Position numbers and translations under genes: made by a program. The notes beneath the pieces were generated by a model. That model did no database searches, was not told where the DNA came from, and was given only the letters and a program-made list of their open reading frames with translations. Positions 1-9,309 of a stretch of 64,000 nucleotides of DNA are shown here, in pieces (position 1 is the stretch's first letter; every line of letters begins with the position of its first letter). The DNA comes from an uncultured Acidobacteriota bacterium. GTDB lineage: Bacteria > Acidobacteriota > Blastocatellia > Pyrinomonadales > Pyrinomonadaceae. Location of the stretch: assembly GCA_963772405.1 (NCBI GenBank), contig CAVYWT010000003.1, positions 24,911 through 88,910 of the forward strand, written 5' to 3'.

Positions 1-2
1 AT

Positions 3-660
3 GCGGCGGTGTATCGCGCCGGTGTCTGGTACCGTTTGCGAAGTGCGACGAACACAATGGATGTAGTCAGCTTTGGCCTCCCGACGGATATCCCTTCGCC
101 GGCGGATCTTGACGGTGACGGTAAGGCCGACGTCGTCGTCTTCCGTCCCGCAAACGGCGTTTGGTACTCGCTTGCGAGCGAAAACGGTGAATTCTCGAGT
201 GTTCGGTTCGGTCTTTCCGGTGATGTTCCTGTCCGGGGCGATTACGATGGCGATGGCAAAGACGACATCAACCTTTTCCGTCCGTCGAACGGTACGTGGT
301 ACCGGCTGAACAGTTCGAACGGTTCGTTCGACGCCGTGAACTTCGGCCTGACGGGTGACAAAGCCTTAGCGGGTGATTTCGATGGCGACGGCAAGTCGGA
401 TGTCGCGGTGTGGCGGCCCTCGAACGGCGTGTGGTACTCGATACGAAGCGCGAACCGGAGCCTTTTCGGCGATTGCTTTCGGGCTTTCGGATGACGTCCC
501 CGCGCCGGCGGATTATGACGGCGACGGAAAGACCGACGTCTCGGTCTTTCGGCCTTCGAATGGAACGTGGTATCGACTGAACAGCGGCAACGGCTCGTTC
601 GCGGCGGTCGCATTCGGGATCAGCACCGACGATCCGGTACCGTCTTTTTATATTCAGTGA
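3..660 (+). pseudogene. FG-GAP/VCBS-type repeat protein, C-terminal part (5' end outside the window), with one frameshift near 445-455
   Basis: ORF 9..494 has ~48-aa periodic repeats with DxDGDGKxD and RPSNGxWY motifs. The repeats continue in another frame in ORF 373..660 (AFGLSDDVPAPADYDGDGKTDVSVFRPSNGTWY). Confidence 0.7.
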
Positions 661-700
661 TCGGGCCGCTGCGTGACTCCGTCTAAAGACGATGCAATTC

Positions 701-730
701 AAAGAGGCTGCCGTTCCCGGCAGCCTCTTT
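701..730. terminator. Bidirectional rho-independent terminator hairpin between convergent genes
   Basis: Perfect 13-bp stem aaagaggctgccg / cggcagcctcttt with loop ttcc. A/T runs lie on both sides, and it sits between stops at 660 (+) and 753 (-). Confidence 0.75.
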
Positions 731-752
731 CTAGTCTAGTATCCGAATCGCT

Positions 753-2885
753 CTATTTCAGCGACGCATCATCGACCCTGAACGTCGTTGCTAACGAGCT
801 GTCCGTCGTAGTACGGAACTGAACTCTCACGGTCTGTCCTTTGTAAGCCGCAAGACTTAGCGACTTTTGCGAATAGACGCCGGCCGTTCCCTTGTTTAGG
901 TTGCTATACGTCGCGGGTGTTGCCAGTAGCGTCCCGGCCGTATTGCGGACCTCAACGAACAACTTGTCGTACTGTGTCGTCGTCGTTGTTTCACTCGATG
1001 TCACATTCAGCCAGAATGTGAGCGTACCGGCCGCGCTCGTCGGAATCGTCACCTGCTGGTACGACTGTCCGGAGACGCTGTTGTTCACGCCGAAGTAGAT
1101 GTAACCGGTTCCGCCATGGGGATAATTTCCGTTGGCGATGTAGAAGTAACCGGTTCCGGAACCGACCCACGGGGATGCGCTGCCTTCGAATCCGCCGTTG
1201 ACCAGCAATTCACTTCCGCCTGGTGTCGGCGTAGGCGTTGGTGTTCCGCCAGGGCATGAGCCAACCCCAACCGCACACCACGTCGTTGCGATCTTGTTGT
1301 ACTGGGTGCTGGCCGACCCGAACAAATCGGTCGCCGCGTTGAGAGTAGCCGTTCTCGCACCCGAGAAATTCGTGCTCGACGTCATGTAGACGGTCAATGC
1401 ACGGTACCAGATCTTCGCAGCGTCGGTTGAGCCCATTCCGGTCACGGTAACGCCGCTCAGGTGATGTGTCCCGCCGGCGACCGCCAGATAGAACGCCTTG
1501 TTACCGATACCCGAATTTATATGCACACCGCCTGAATCCGCGGATCCTGTGTAGCGCTCGGAATAGTGATCCGGATCGTCATCCGAGGTATAACCGCCGT
1601 TACCGGCAAGGTGCGGATTATCCATATAGCGAAGAGCGTCACCCGAGGTCGCCGGTGTATACGCTTGTTCGCCGATCTTCCATGTATCGCCGTTGACCAC
1701 ACCGCCGCGAGAATAGGATTCGACCATCGCTCCGAAGACGTCCGACATCGATTCGTTCAGTGCGCCCGATTCGTTTGCGTACGTCAGGTTCGCGGTGTAT
1801 TGGGTTATTCCGTGCGTCATCTCGTGGCCCGCGATGTCGAGAGTCACCAGCGGCGAGAACGTCGTCCCGTTGCCGTCGCCATACGTCATCTGGTTGTTAT
1901 ACCAGAACGCGTTGTTGTAATTGCTTCCAAAGTGGACGCGTGAAACGACCAGTGCTACGCCGCCGACTGCCGAGGTCGTCGTGCCGGGGCCGTTGCTGCC
2001 GTTGATGCCGTTACGACCGTGCACATTCTTGAAATAATCGTAGGTCCACGCCGCTCCGTAATGTGCATCGACGCCGGCCCGCTCGTTCGTCGCACTCCAG
2101 ACATCGTCCGTGCCGGTGTAACGAGATTGTGTTCCGCCCGTACCGGTCGTCGTGTTACCGGTGTTGTTCATGTTGAACGTTCCCTGCCGGCGAATGGTCG
2201 GATCTTCCATGTAATACGTGCCACCCGATGTACTGGTCGAGATCGTCACGGTTCCGCTGTAGAGCGAATTACCCGAACCCGTCTGGAGGTTGTTGTATTC
2301 GAAGACTCTTTCTCCGGTGTGAGCGTCGATGAAGATGACCGGGATCGCGGTTTCTTCGGTTCCGTCAAGGCGCGGCATTTCGACGCGATAAGCGAGGTGA
2401 TCACGATCTTCACCTCTATAGATGTAGAGCTCGACTCGGGGCTCTTCGGTGATAAATCGGGATCCGCGATACATCCGTTTCGCGGTAGAGAGAGCGTCCT
2501 CCGCCGACAGTGTCGGCTTGGTCTCGATCGCGATGCCTTCCTTAAGGTCATCAGTTATCAGTGAAAGGGCCGCATCCGATCTGAGATGGACGATGGCCTC
2601 GCCTTCCCACACCGGTACGCCGCCGACGTACTGCTGTACGTGCGTATGTGCCATCTTCAGGTCGTCGATCTCGACCCGTTTGACGGCGTATTCGTCGGGA
2701 TTCCCGATCGCACGCTGTGTCGCGCGGTCACGCAGGATTCCCATGCTGATCTGCTTGGCAAGCTCGCGGTCGCCGTCGCCACCGTCGTTGAATACGGTCT
2801 TGCTAGCTCCGGTATGCCGCGATACTATTCCAAAAACAAAAAGTACCGTCGCGAAAACTGCAAAAATACTTAAGAGTTTCTTCAC
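753..2885 (-). CDS. Secreted M4 (thermolysin-like) zinc metalloprotease with propeptide and a C-terminal beta-rich domain
   Basis: HEMTH zinc motif (AGHEMTHG), downstream GALNESMSDVFG and GGVHINSGI motifs, an N-terminal signal peptide and a TPTPTP linker. I prefer the GTG start at 2885, which has AGGAGA 8 nt upstream. The ORF track starts at TTG 2933. Confidence 0.9.
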   Translation of the reverse strand: MKKLLSIFAVFATVLFVFGIVSRHTGASKTVFNDGGDGDRELAKQISMGILRDRATQRAIGNPDEYAVKRVEIDDLKMAHTHVQQYVGGVPVWEGEAIVHLRSDAALSLITDDLKEGIAIETKPTLSAEDALSTAKRMYRGSRFITEEPRVELYIYRGEDRDHLAYRVEMPRLDGTEETAIPVIFIDAHTGERVFEYNNLQTGSGNSLYSGTVTISTSTSGGTYYMEDPTIRRQGTFNMNNTGNTTTGTGGTQSRYTGTDDVWSATNERAGVDAHYGAAWTYDYFKNVHGRNGINGSNGPGTTTSAVGGVALVVSRVHFGSNYNNAFWYNNQMTYGDGNGTTFSPLVTLDIAGHEMTHGITQYTANLTYANESGALNESMSDVFGAMVESYSRGGVVNGDTWKIGEQAYTPATSGDALRYMDNPHLAGNGGYTSDDDPDHYSERYTGSADSGGVHINSGIGNKAFYLAVAGGTHHLSGVTVTGMGSTDAAKIWYRALTVYMTSSTNFSGARTATLNAATDLFGSASTQYNKIATTWCAVGVGSCPGGTPTPTPTPGGSELLVNGGFEGSASPWVGSGTGYFYIANGNYPHGGTGYIYFGVNNSVSGQSYQQVTIPTSAAGTLTFWLNVTSSETTTTTQYDKLFVEVRNTAGTLLATPATYSNLNKGTAGVYSQKSLSLAAYKGQTVRVQFRTTTDSSLATTFRVDDASLK

Positions 2886-3110
2886 GTCTTCATGTCTCCT
2901 TTGGGATTTATTCTGTGCCGATAAAAATATCAAGCCGTATAAATAAATGACGAAGATCCCGCAAAAAGACCGACGCTAGGAGTTAAAGACTTGCGCTTCC
3001 TGTGTCGTGAAGGACAGATTAAGAATTAGTAGAACACTCTCGGGGGTTGAGTACAGCAGACAGAGTTTAGTCCTACGGAAAACGGGTTGTCAAGGCAATA
3101 ATTGGCCAAT

Positions 3111-3524
3111 ATGATAGCGGCTATAAAATTTCCATATACAGCGAAATTCGGAGAGATTTTTCCGTGGGCAACTGTTTCCGAATTCCACCGTGTTCGCAAC
3201 GGGATCTACCACCGTAATGGCCAGCTCATCTCACTGCTGACCGACTTTGGCCGCATCAATCCATGTTACCCCGACGTGCATGGCGAAACGGTCGACACGA
3301 TCCTTTACACCGGTTCGGGGCGTCGCGGGGATCAAAAACTTGACGCCGCAAACCGAGCTCTGCTCGACGCCGTCGGCAAGCATATTGATGTTCCGCTCTT
3401 CAACAAGTTGTCGCCCGGTAAATGGGAGTTCCGGGGGTTTTGGAGCGTCATCGACGGTAAGTATGTTTTTGACGAGAAACAGAATAGAATGTTGTGGAAA
3501 TTCACCCTACACCAAATTCGGTAG
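3111..3524 (+). CDS. Small stand-alone protein with an SRA/YDG-like (PUA-like fold) signature
   Basis: The segment SLLTD..YPDVHGETVDTILYTGSGRRGDQKLDAANRALLDA parallels the SRA core ..YTGSGG..DQKL..N.AL. The C-terminal GFWSV..MLWKFTL resembles the last SRA strands. ATG 3111 is preferred over the TTG at 3102. Confidence 0.45.
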   Translation: MIAAIKFPYTAKFGEIFPWATVSEFHRVRNGIYHRNGQLISLLTDFGRINPCYPDVHGETVDTILYTGSGRRGDQKLDAANRALLDAVGKHIDVPLFNKLSPGKWEFRGFWSVIDGKYVFDEKQNRMLWKFTLHQIR

Positions 3525-3554
3525 AAAGAAAAAAGATTTAAGGAGAGCATCGCA

Positions 3555-5534
3555 ATGTCTTTTTGCAGGACCATTTTTCTTGTCGCACTTTTTCTGAGTT
3601 CAATTTCTGCGGTTACCGCCCAGACTGTTTGGTCGCCCGAGATGCAGGTAAAGACGCGGGCACTCGGCAGCCCCCGGATCTCGCCCGACGGCACACGCGT
3701 CGCCTATACCGTCAATGATGCCGTAATGACCCCCGAGAAGAGCGAATTCGTGACCCAGGTCTGGCTTGGATCATCGGACGGGCGGGACAATTATCAGCTC
3801 ACGTTCAACGATAAATCTTCGACCAATCCGAGATGGTCGCCCGACGGCAACTGGATCGCATTTACCTCCAACCGAAAAGACAATAAAAACAATCTCTATG
3901 TGCTTCGAGTTTCGGGCGGTGAGGCCGAGCAGCTCACCGATCTCAAGAGCAGCATTGCCGATTTCGAATGGTCACCGGATGGCAAATGGATCGCTTACAC
4001 GATGGCCGACGCAAAATCCGAGGACGAGGACAAAAACGATAAGGGCAAGAACGATTTTCGATGGGTCGACGAAAACCAAAAGATGGCCCGGCTCTACGTC
4101 ATCCCGGTCGCAAAAGATGAGAGCGGAAAACGAGTAGCAAATAAACTAACGAGCGACAGCCGCCATGTGATCAGCTTTAACTGGTCCCCGGACGGCTCAA
4201 AGATCATTTTCAGCCACGCGAAATCACCGGCTGCAGGTGTTTGGCCGTCGATGGATGTCGGCGTGGTCAATGTGGCGGACGCAAAGTCAACTCCGTTCGC
4301 GGCTACTGACGCAGCCGAGAGCTCCCCGGTCTATTCGCCGGACGGCAGGTGGGTTGCAATGTCTGTCAGCGACCTCCCCGTACGATGGGCGCAAAGCAAT
4401 CGGATTGCCATCATTTCGGCGGCAGGTGGAACTTCACGAATGATGCCGATCTCATTCGACGGCCAGCCGAACATCATCGGCTGGTCGCCGGACGGGACAA
4501 AGCTTGTGTTCAGCGAGGGAAAGGGAACGGGCACGGCGATCTATGAAGCAAACGTCGCCGCCGGGACGATCAAAGAGATCAAGTATTCGAACTCTGTGAT
4601 AACAGCCGTCTCAATGTCGAAGGACGGTTCGGCCTACGCATTTGTCATTCAGTCGAGTGATAAACCTCCCGAGGTGGCGGTCATAAGATCCGGTCAGGAA
4701 AAGTTGACCCAGATATCGCGCGTTAATACCGAAATGATGAAGATGCCGTTGGGCAGGACCGAAGTGATCAAGTGGAAAAGCACCGACGGCCGCGAGATCG
4801 AAGGCCTGCTGACGTATCCGGTCGGCTACACGGCAGGGACGAAAGTTCCCTTGATCCTGAATATCCACGGCGGACCGGCGGGTGTCTTTCAGCATTCGTA
4901 TATCGGCGGCCGTGGTTCTTATCCGATCGCGACATTTGCGTCGAAGGGCTACGCGATCCTTCGCCCCAATCCAAGAGGTTCGTCCGGATACGGGACTGAG
5001 TTCCGGCGTGCAAACATTAAGGACTGGGGTGTCGGTGACTATCAGGACCTGATGACGGGCGTCGATACCGTGATCGCGATGGGAGTTGCCGATCCGGATC
5101 GTCTCGGCGTTATGGGCTGGAGCTATGGCGGCTATATGACGTCGACGATCATCACCAAGACAAAACGCTTCAAGGCCGCGTCGGCCGGAGCTCCGGTGAC
5201 GAATCTCATGAGTTTTACGACGACGGCCGACATACCCGGGTTCATTCCCGATTACTTCGAGGCACAGTATTGGGAAAAACCGGATGTCTACGCGAGGCAC
5301 TCGGCGATGTTCAATATCAAAGGCGTCACGACACCGACGCTTGTGCAGCACGGCGAGGCTGACGTGCGCGTGCCGATCTCACAGGGCTACGAGCTTCATA
5401 ACGCACTAAAGGCGCAGGGCGTGCCGACGCGAATGATCGTTCTGCCGCGCCAGCCGCACGGCCCGAACGAGCCAAAAATGCAAGTCGCTGCCATGCAGAC
5501 CAATCTGGACTGGTTTGAGAAGTATTTGAAGTAA
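3555..5534 (+). CDS. S9 family serine peptidase (prolyl oligopeptidase / acylaminoacyl peptidase) with an N-terminal TolB-like beta-propeller
   Basis: Repeated SPDG..IAF propeller motifs, GWSYGG nucleophile elbow, C-terminal D and H regions, a signal peptide, and AAGGAG upstream of the ATG. Confidence 0.9.
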   Translation: MSFCRTIFLVALFLSSISAVTAQTVWSPEMQVKTRALGSPRISPDGTRVAYTVNDAVMTPEKSEFVTQVWLGSSDGRDNYQLTFNDKSSTNPRWSPDGNWIAFTSNRKDNKNNLYVLRVSGGEAEQLTDLKSSIADFEWSPDGKWIAYTMADAKSEDEDKNDKGKNDFRWVDENQKMARLYVIPVAKDESGKRVANKLTSDSRHVISFNWSPDGSKIIFSHAKSPAAGVWPSMDVGVVNVADAKSTPFAATDAAESSPVYSPDGRWVAMSVSDLPVRWAQSNRIAIISAAGGTSRMMPISFDGQPNIIGWSPDGTKLVFSEGKGTGTAIYEANVAAGTIKEIKYSNSVITAVSMSKDGSAYAFVIQSSDKPPEVAVIRSGQEKLTQISRVNTEMMKMPLGRTEVIKWKSTDGREIEGLLTYPVGYTAGTKVPLILNIHGGPAGVFQHSYIGGRGSYPIATFASKGYAILRPNPRGSSGYGTEFRRANIKDWGVGDYQDLMTGVDTVIAMGVADPDRLGVMGWSYGGYMTSTIITKTKRFKAASAGAPVTNLMSFTTTADIPGFIPDYFEAQYWEKPDVYARHSAMFNIKGVTTPTLVQHGEADVRVPISQGYELHNALKAQGVPTRMIVLPRQPHGPNEPKMQVAAMQTNLDWFEKYLK

Positions 5535-5565
5535 GTCGAGGCAACAAGCCGCGTACCCGTCGCAA

Positions 5566-5754
5566 GCACCAAAGGTGCGATGTAATTTAGCCAGGGCCGC
5601 GGGCCCTGGATCGCGTCGGGAATCTGGAGCCGCAAAGCGGCGAAGTAACGGAGAGACCGCATCCGATTTTTACTCCGCCGCGTTGCGGCTCGTTCCATTA
5701 TTTACCACGTTCCAGGGCCGATGGCCCTGGCTAGATTACGGCGCACCTTCGGTG
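5566..5754. repeat. Compound palindromic REP/MITE-like element
   Basis: Two inverted copies of a ~44-nt unit (gcacc-NNN-ggtgc + taatytag + ccagggcc-N3-ggccctgg) flank a central ~16-bp stem (gagccgcaaagcggcg / cgccgcgttgcggctc). Confidence 0.8.
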
Positions 5755-5775
5755 CTAAAGATGACGGTGGAATAA

Positions 5776-6261
5776 ATGACTGGTATCCGAAAAGCGCAAA
5801 CATCTGACCGTGATGCAATTTGGGATATTATCCGCAAAGTGATCGCGACAGGCGAAACTTACGTCTTTTCACCCGATACGCCGGAAGACGAAATGATCAC
5901 GTATTGGTTCTCACCCGAAAAATACGTCTACGTTGCCGAAGAGGATGGCAAGATACTCGGCACATATTGGATAAAGCCGAATCAACCGGGCCTCGGTTCG
6001 CACGTCTGCAATGCCGCGTACATGGTCGCACCCGCGGCGGCGGGGAAGGGGATCGGCCGATTAATGGCGGAGCACTCGCTCGAAGAAGCAAAGCGGCTCG
6101 GATTCAAATCGATGCAATTCAACTTCGTTGTGAAATCAAACATCGCCGCGGTGAGGCTGTGGCAAAGCGTCGGAATGGAGATCATCGGCGAGATCCCGGA
6201 CGCGTTCGATCATCGGGAGAACGGTCTGACGAATGCATACATCATGTATAGGAAGCTGTGA
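5776..6261 (+). CDS. GNAT family N-acetyltransferase
   Basis: 161 aa with the acetyl-CoA binding motif APAAAGKGIGRLMAEH and a typical GNAT length. Confidence 0.85.
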   Translation: MTGIRKAQTSDRDAIWDIIRKVIATGETYVFSPDTPEDEMITYWFSPEKYVYVAEEDGKILGTYWIKPNQPGLGSHVCNAAYMVAPAAAGKGIGRLMAEHSLEEAKRLGFKSMQFNFVVKSNIAAVRLWQSVGMEIIGEIPDAFDHRENGLTNAYIMYRKL

Positions 6262-6346
6262 AAGGGCCTCCCTCTGTTCGGACTACGGCTGCTTCGGTTC
6301 GTGTGATCCGTGTATCTCGTATGTTGAACTGGCGGGCTCGCACTTA

Positions 6347-6421
6347 GTGTGATTTCGTGTGAGTTCGTGGTTTCAGGCCGTCGCCGAGTATCTGGAACCA
6401 CTAACTCACACGAAATGACAC
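6347..6421. repeat. Long hairpin repeat (TTCGTGTG-type) between convergent genes, probably a bidirectional terminator
   Basis: A 30-nt arm gtgtgatttcgtgtgagttcgtggtttcag pairs with ctggaaccactaactcacacgaaatgacac (27/30), with a 15-nt loop. Partial cacacgaaa-type copies lie at ~6296-6320 and ~6473-6528. Confidence 0.75.
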
Positions 6422-6540
6422 GAACAAGAAGAGGACATTAAATCAAAGTCGGCTCAATATCCTGACGTGACTGAGTGTGCTTCGTGACTGGATCTCAAAG
6501 AATAACCACCAACCACACGAAACGCGCGAAAGACTCCGTT

Positions 6541-7380
6541 CTACTTCTTACCAAGATCGACAGCCCGCTTATACGCCGCGTACACCGCCTTCGAAAGAAC
6601 TGTCCGCAGGGTGCCTTTCTCCATCTGATAAATTGCTTCGGCGCTCGTGCCACCCGGCGATGTGACCATGTTGCGGAGCTCGGCGGGATGCTTATGCGAC
6701 GCGATCGCAAATTTCACCGATCCGAGCATAGTTTCCTGTACGAGTTCCTTTGCGATCTCGCGGGAAAAGCCGAGATGTACGCCGGCGTCCGTCAGAGCTT
6801 CCATGACCATGAAGATGTAGGTCGGGCCGGTAGCGCTCAAGCTGGTGGCCATATCGATCATGTTCTCAGTCTCGACATAAAGCTCTTTGCCGAGAGCTGC
6901 AAGCAGCCTCCGGACGCGAGATCGCTCGTCCTCGCCCACGGCGTCGCCGCACGTCCAGGCGGTGATCCCGGCACCTATCTGCGATGGTGTATTCGGCATT
7001 GCACGAACGACGCGGTCGGTTCCGAGCTCGCCGGCGATCGTCTCGATCTTCGCTCCGGCGACGATCGAGATCACCAGAGTGTCTTTCGCCACTCTGTCCT
7101 TCAGATCGCTTAGAACATGAGATATGCGCTGCGGTTTGACCGCCAGAACTACCGCCGAACTCTTTTCGTGACGGACGAACTCGGCGGCCCGGGCGTTCGA
7201 CTCGACCATCTCGATACCGAACTTCTCCGACAACTCACGTCGTCGAGACTCTCGCGGATGGCTACCGATAACCTGCTTAGCCGTCACGAGACCCTGGCCC
7301 ATCAAACCGGCGATCATCGATTCGGCCATCACGCCGCAACCGATGAACGCGAAGCGTGTGTTTTCTAACTCGTCGGCCAT
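6541..7380 (-). CDS. proC: Pyrroline-5-carboxylate reductase
   Basis: 279 aa with the N-terminal Rossmann FIGCGVMAESMIAGL and the C-terminal P5CR dimerisation motif TSPGGTSAEA. Confidence 0.9.
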   Translation of the reverse strand: MADELENTRFAFIGCGVMAESMIAGLMGQGLVTAKQVIGSHPRESRRRELSEKFGIEMVESNARAAEFVRHEKSSAVVLAVKPQRISHVLSDLKDRVAKDTLVISIVAGAKIETIAGELGTDRVVRAMPNTPSQIGAGITAWTCGDAVGEDERSRVRRLLAALGKELYVETENMIDMATSLSATGPTYIFMVMEALTDAGVHLGFSREIAKELVQETMLGSVKFAIASHKHPAELRNMVTSPGGTSAEAIYQMEKGTLRTVLSKAVYAAYKRAVDLGKK

Positions 7381-7446
7381 AACTGCTTTGGTAAAACTCC
7401 GGGCGTTCGTGCAAAATACGTGTTAACGTCACCGATTTAATCATTT

Positions 7447-8655
7447 ATGACTATCGACGAACAACTCGCATTCCTGAAAAAGGGAACTGTCGACCTGATC
7501 CGCGAGGAAGATCTGAAAAAAAAGCTCGAGCGATCTGCAAAGACCGGCAAGCCCTTGCGCGTCAAGCTTGGGCTCGATCCGACGGCGCCCGATATTCACA
7601 TCGGTCACACGGTTGTGATCAGAAAGCTGCGGGCGTTTCAGGAGCTGGGTCACACGGTCATATTTTTGATCGGCGATTTCACGGGAATGATCGGCGATCC
7701 GTCGGGAAAGAACGTCACACGTCCGCCTTTGTCGCGAGATGAGATCGACGCCAACGCCGAGACATACAAAGCTCAGATGTTTCGTTTGCTCGATCCGGAA
7801 AAGACCGAGGTCCGATTCAACGGCGAGTGGATGGACAAATTTACCGCCGCCGATTTTGTAAAGCTGACCGCGAAAACGACGGTCAAACAGATCCTCGAAC
7901 GCGACGATTTTACAAAACGGATGACGGAGGAGAAGCCGATCTCTCTGCACGAACTGCTTTATCCGCTGGTCCAGGGTTACGATTCGGTCGCACTCGAATC
8001 CGACGTCGAGCTAGGCGGGACCGATCAGAAGTTCAACCTTTTAATGGGCCGCAACCTGCAACGCGAATTCGATCAGGAGCCGCAGGTCATTATCACGACG
8101 CCTCTGCTCGAAGGGCTCGATGGCGTCAACAAGATGTCGAAGTCCCTGAACAACTACATCGGTATCGAAGAAACACCCGATCAGATGTTCGGAAAGATCA
8201 TGTCGATCTCCGACGATCTGATGTGGAAATATTACGAACTGCTTACGGATAGAAAGGTCGACGATCTCAACGCACTGAAATCCAAGTGTGAATCGGGAGG
8301 TGAGAATCCGCGCGATCTGAAAGTGGAGCTTGCGAAATCCGTCATCGCTGATTTTCACTCTAACGAGTCGGCGGAGAAGGCAGAAGAGGAATTTAACCGG
8401 CGATTTGTTAAGAAGGAAATTCCGGATGAGATCGAAGAAAGGAAAGTTTCAGCCGGGTCGTACGCGTTGGCGCAGTTGCTGGTTGATGTCGGAATGGCCG
8501 GATCAAAGGGCGAAGCCCGTCGATTGATACAACAGGGCGGCGTAAAGATCAACGGTGACAAAGCGACGGCACCCAATGCCGATATTCAGATCGATGCTAA
8601 CGGTGTGTTGGTCCAGGTAGGGAAGTTGAAGTTCTTGAAGGTGATGGGCAATTGA
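7447..8655 (+). CDS. tyrS: Tyrosine--tRNA ligase with a C-terminal S4 domain
   Basis: HIGH motif (PDIHIGHTV), KMSKS motif (KMSKSLNN), and a C-terminal S4-like [18 protein letters not shown]. Confidence 0.95.
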   Translation: MTIDEQLAFLKKGTVDLIREEDLKKKLERSAKTGKPLRVKLGLDPTAPDIHIGHTVVIRKLRAFQELGHTVIFLIGDFTGMIGDPSGKNVTRPPLSRDEIDANAETYKAQMFRLLDPEKTEVRFNGEWMDKFTAADFVKLTAKTTVKQILERDDFTKRMTEEKPISLHELLYPLVQGYDSVALESDVELGGTDQKFNLLMGRNLQREFDQEPQVIITTPLLEGLDGVNKMSKSLNNYIGIEETPDQMFGKIMSISDDLMWKYYELLTDRKVDDLNALKSKCESGGENPRDLKVELAKSVIADFHSNESAEKAEEEFNRRFVKKEIPDEIEERKVSAGSYALAQLLVDVGMAGSKGEARRLIQQGGVKINGDKATAPNADIQIDANGVLVQVGKLKFLKVMGN

Positions 8656-8662
8656 CAGCGCT

Positions 8663-8782
8663 TTCAAGTTTCAAATCTCAAATCTCAAATTTCAAGTTTC
8701 AAATCTCAAATCTCAAATTTCAAATTTCAAATCTCAAATTTCAAATTTCAAATTTCAGATTTCAGATTTCAAATCCCAAATT
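8663..8782. repeat. Tandem heptamer array A: about 17 x TTCAAAT/CTCAAAT/TTCAAGT/TTCAGAT
   Basis: The direct 7-nt periodicity can be read straight from the sequence. It starts 8 nt after the tyrS stop, and the hspR stop codon lies in its last units. Confidence 0.95.
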
Positions 8783-9191
8783 CCCCTCTCATTCTTCCTC
8801 GATCGTTACTTCTTCGTACTGCACTCGACGATAACGTGAGATCGGTATCAGCGGCATCGGTCGGGCTGGTAGCACCGGCCGGTCGTGAAAATTCGTCCGC
8901 GTGATTTTTCAAATACTCGAAAAATCTTTCGAATTCCCGCTGCATCGAATCCATCTTTTCACGCATGTTCAGGATGATCTCGACACCCGCGAGATTGACG
9001 CCCAAGTCGCGCGTCAAAGCAAGGATCACTTCCAGACGTTCGAGATCCGAATCTTCGTACATTCGCGTGTTGCCGACCGAACGCGACGGCTTTAGCAAGC
9101 CTTCGCGTTCGTACAACCGCAGCGTCTGCGGATGTATGTCATATAGCTCCGCTACCGCGCTGATCGTATAAGTTTTGATCTTTCGTTTCAT
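8769..9191 (-). CDS. hspR: MerR-family heat-shock regulator (HspR-like)
   Basis: N-terminal MerR helix-turn-helix YTISAVAELYDIHPQTLRLYEREGLLKPSRSVGNTRMY. It is the last gene of a dnaK-dnaJ-hspR string on the minus strand. Confidence 0.85.
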   Translation of the reverse strand: MKRKIKTYTISAVAELYDIHPQTLRLYEREGLLKPSRSVGNTRMYEDSDLERLEVILALTRDLGVNLAGVEIILNMREKMDSMQREFERFFEYLKNHADEFSRPAGATSPTDAADTDLTLSSSAVRRSNDRGRMRGEFGI

Positions 9192-9197
9192 TCGGAA

Positions 9198-9293
9198 GAA
9201 GTCAGAGGTCAGAATTCAGAATTCAGAATTCAGAAACCAGAAACCCGAAACTAGAAACTAGAAACGCAGAAACTAGAAACCAGACCTCTTACT
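9198..9293. repeat. Tandem heptamer array B: GTCAGAR/TTCAGAA units grading into ACYAGAA/ACCAGAA units (about 13 units)
   Basis: Direct 7-nt periodicity. It lies inside the operon between the dnaJ stop (9310) and the hspR start (9191). Confidence 0.95.
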
Positions 9294-9309
9294 CTCAATT
9301 ATCAACTAA

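Noticed and set aside
4611-5351. 246-aa minus-strand ORF inside the S9 peptidase gene
   Set aside because: It is antisense to a CDS with a clear catalytic motif, and its Arg-rich sequence has no motifs.
5575-5775. Small ORFs inside palindromic elements (5575..5775, 59945..60286, 33645..33830, and the N-terminal extension of the CapA ORF to 33748)
   Set aside because: They are composed almost entirely of REP-like hairpin sequence. Better starts with signal peptides or SD sequences exist for the real neighbouring genes.
6475-7113. 212-aa plus-strand ORF overlapping proC
   Set aside because: It is antisense to proC, and its start lies inside the hairpin-repeat region. It has no motifs.
8652-8834. 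ORF translating the heptamer array as FKFQISNLKFQISN..., and similar ORFs through the other arrays
   Set aside because: The translation is purely a by-product of 7-nt periodicity, which changes frame at every unit. There is no start context. The array begins right after the tyrS stop.
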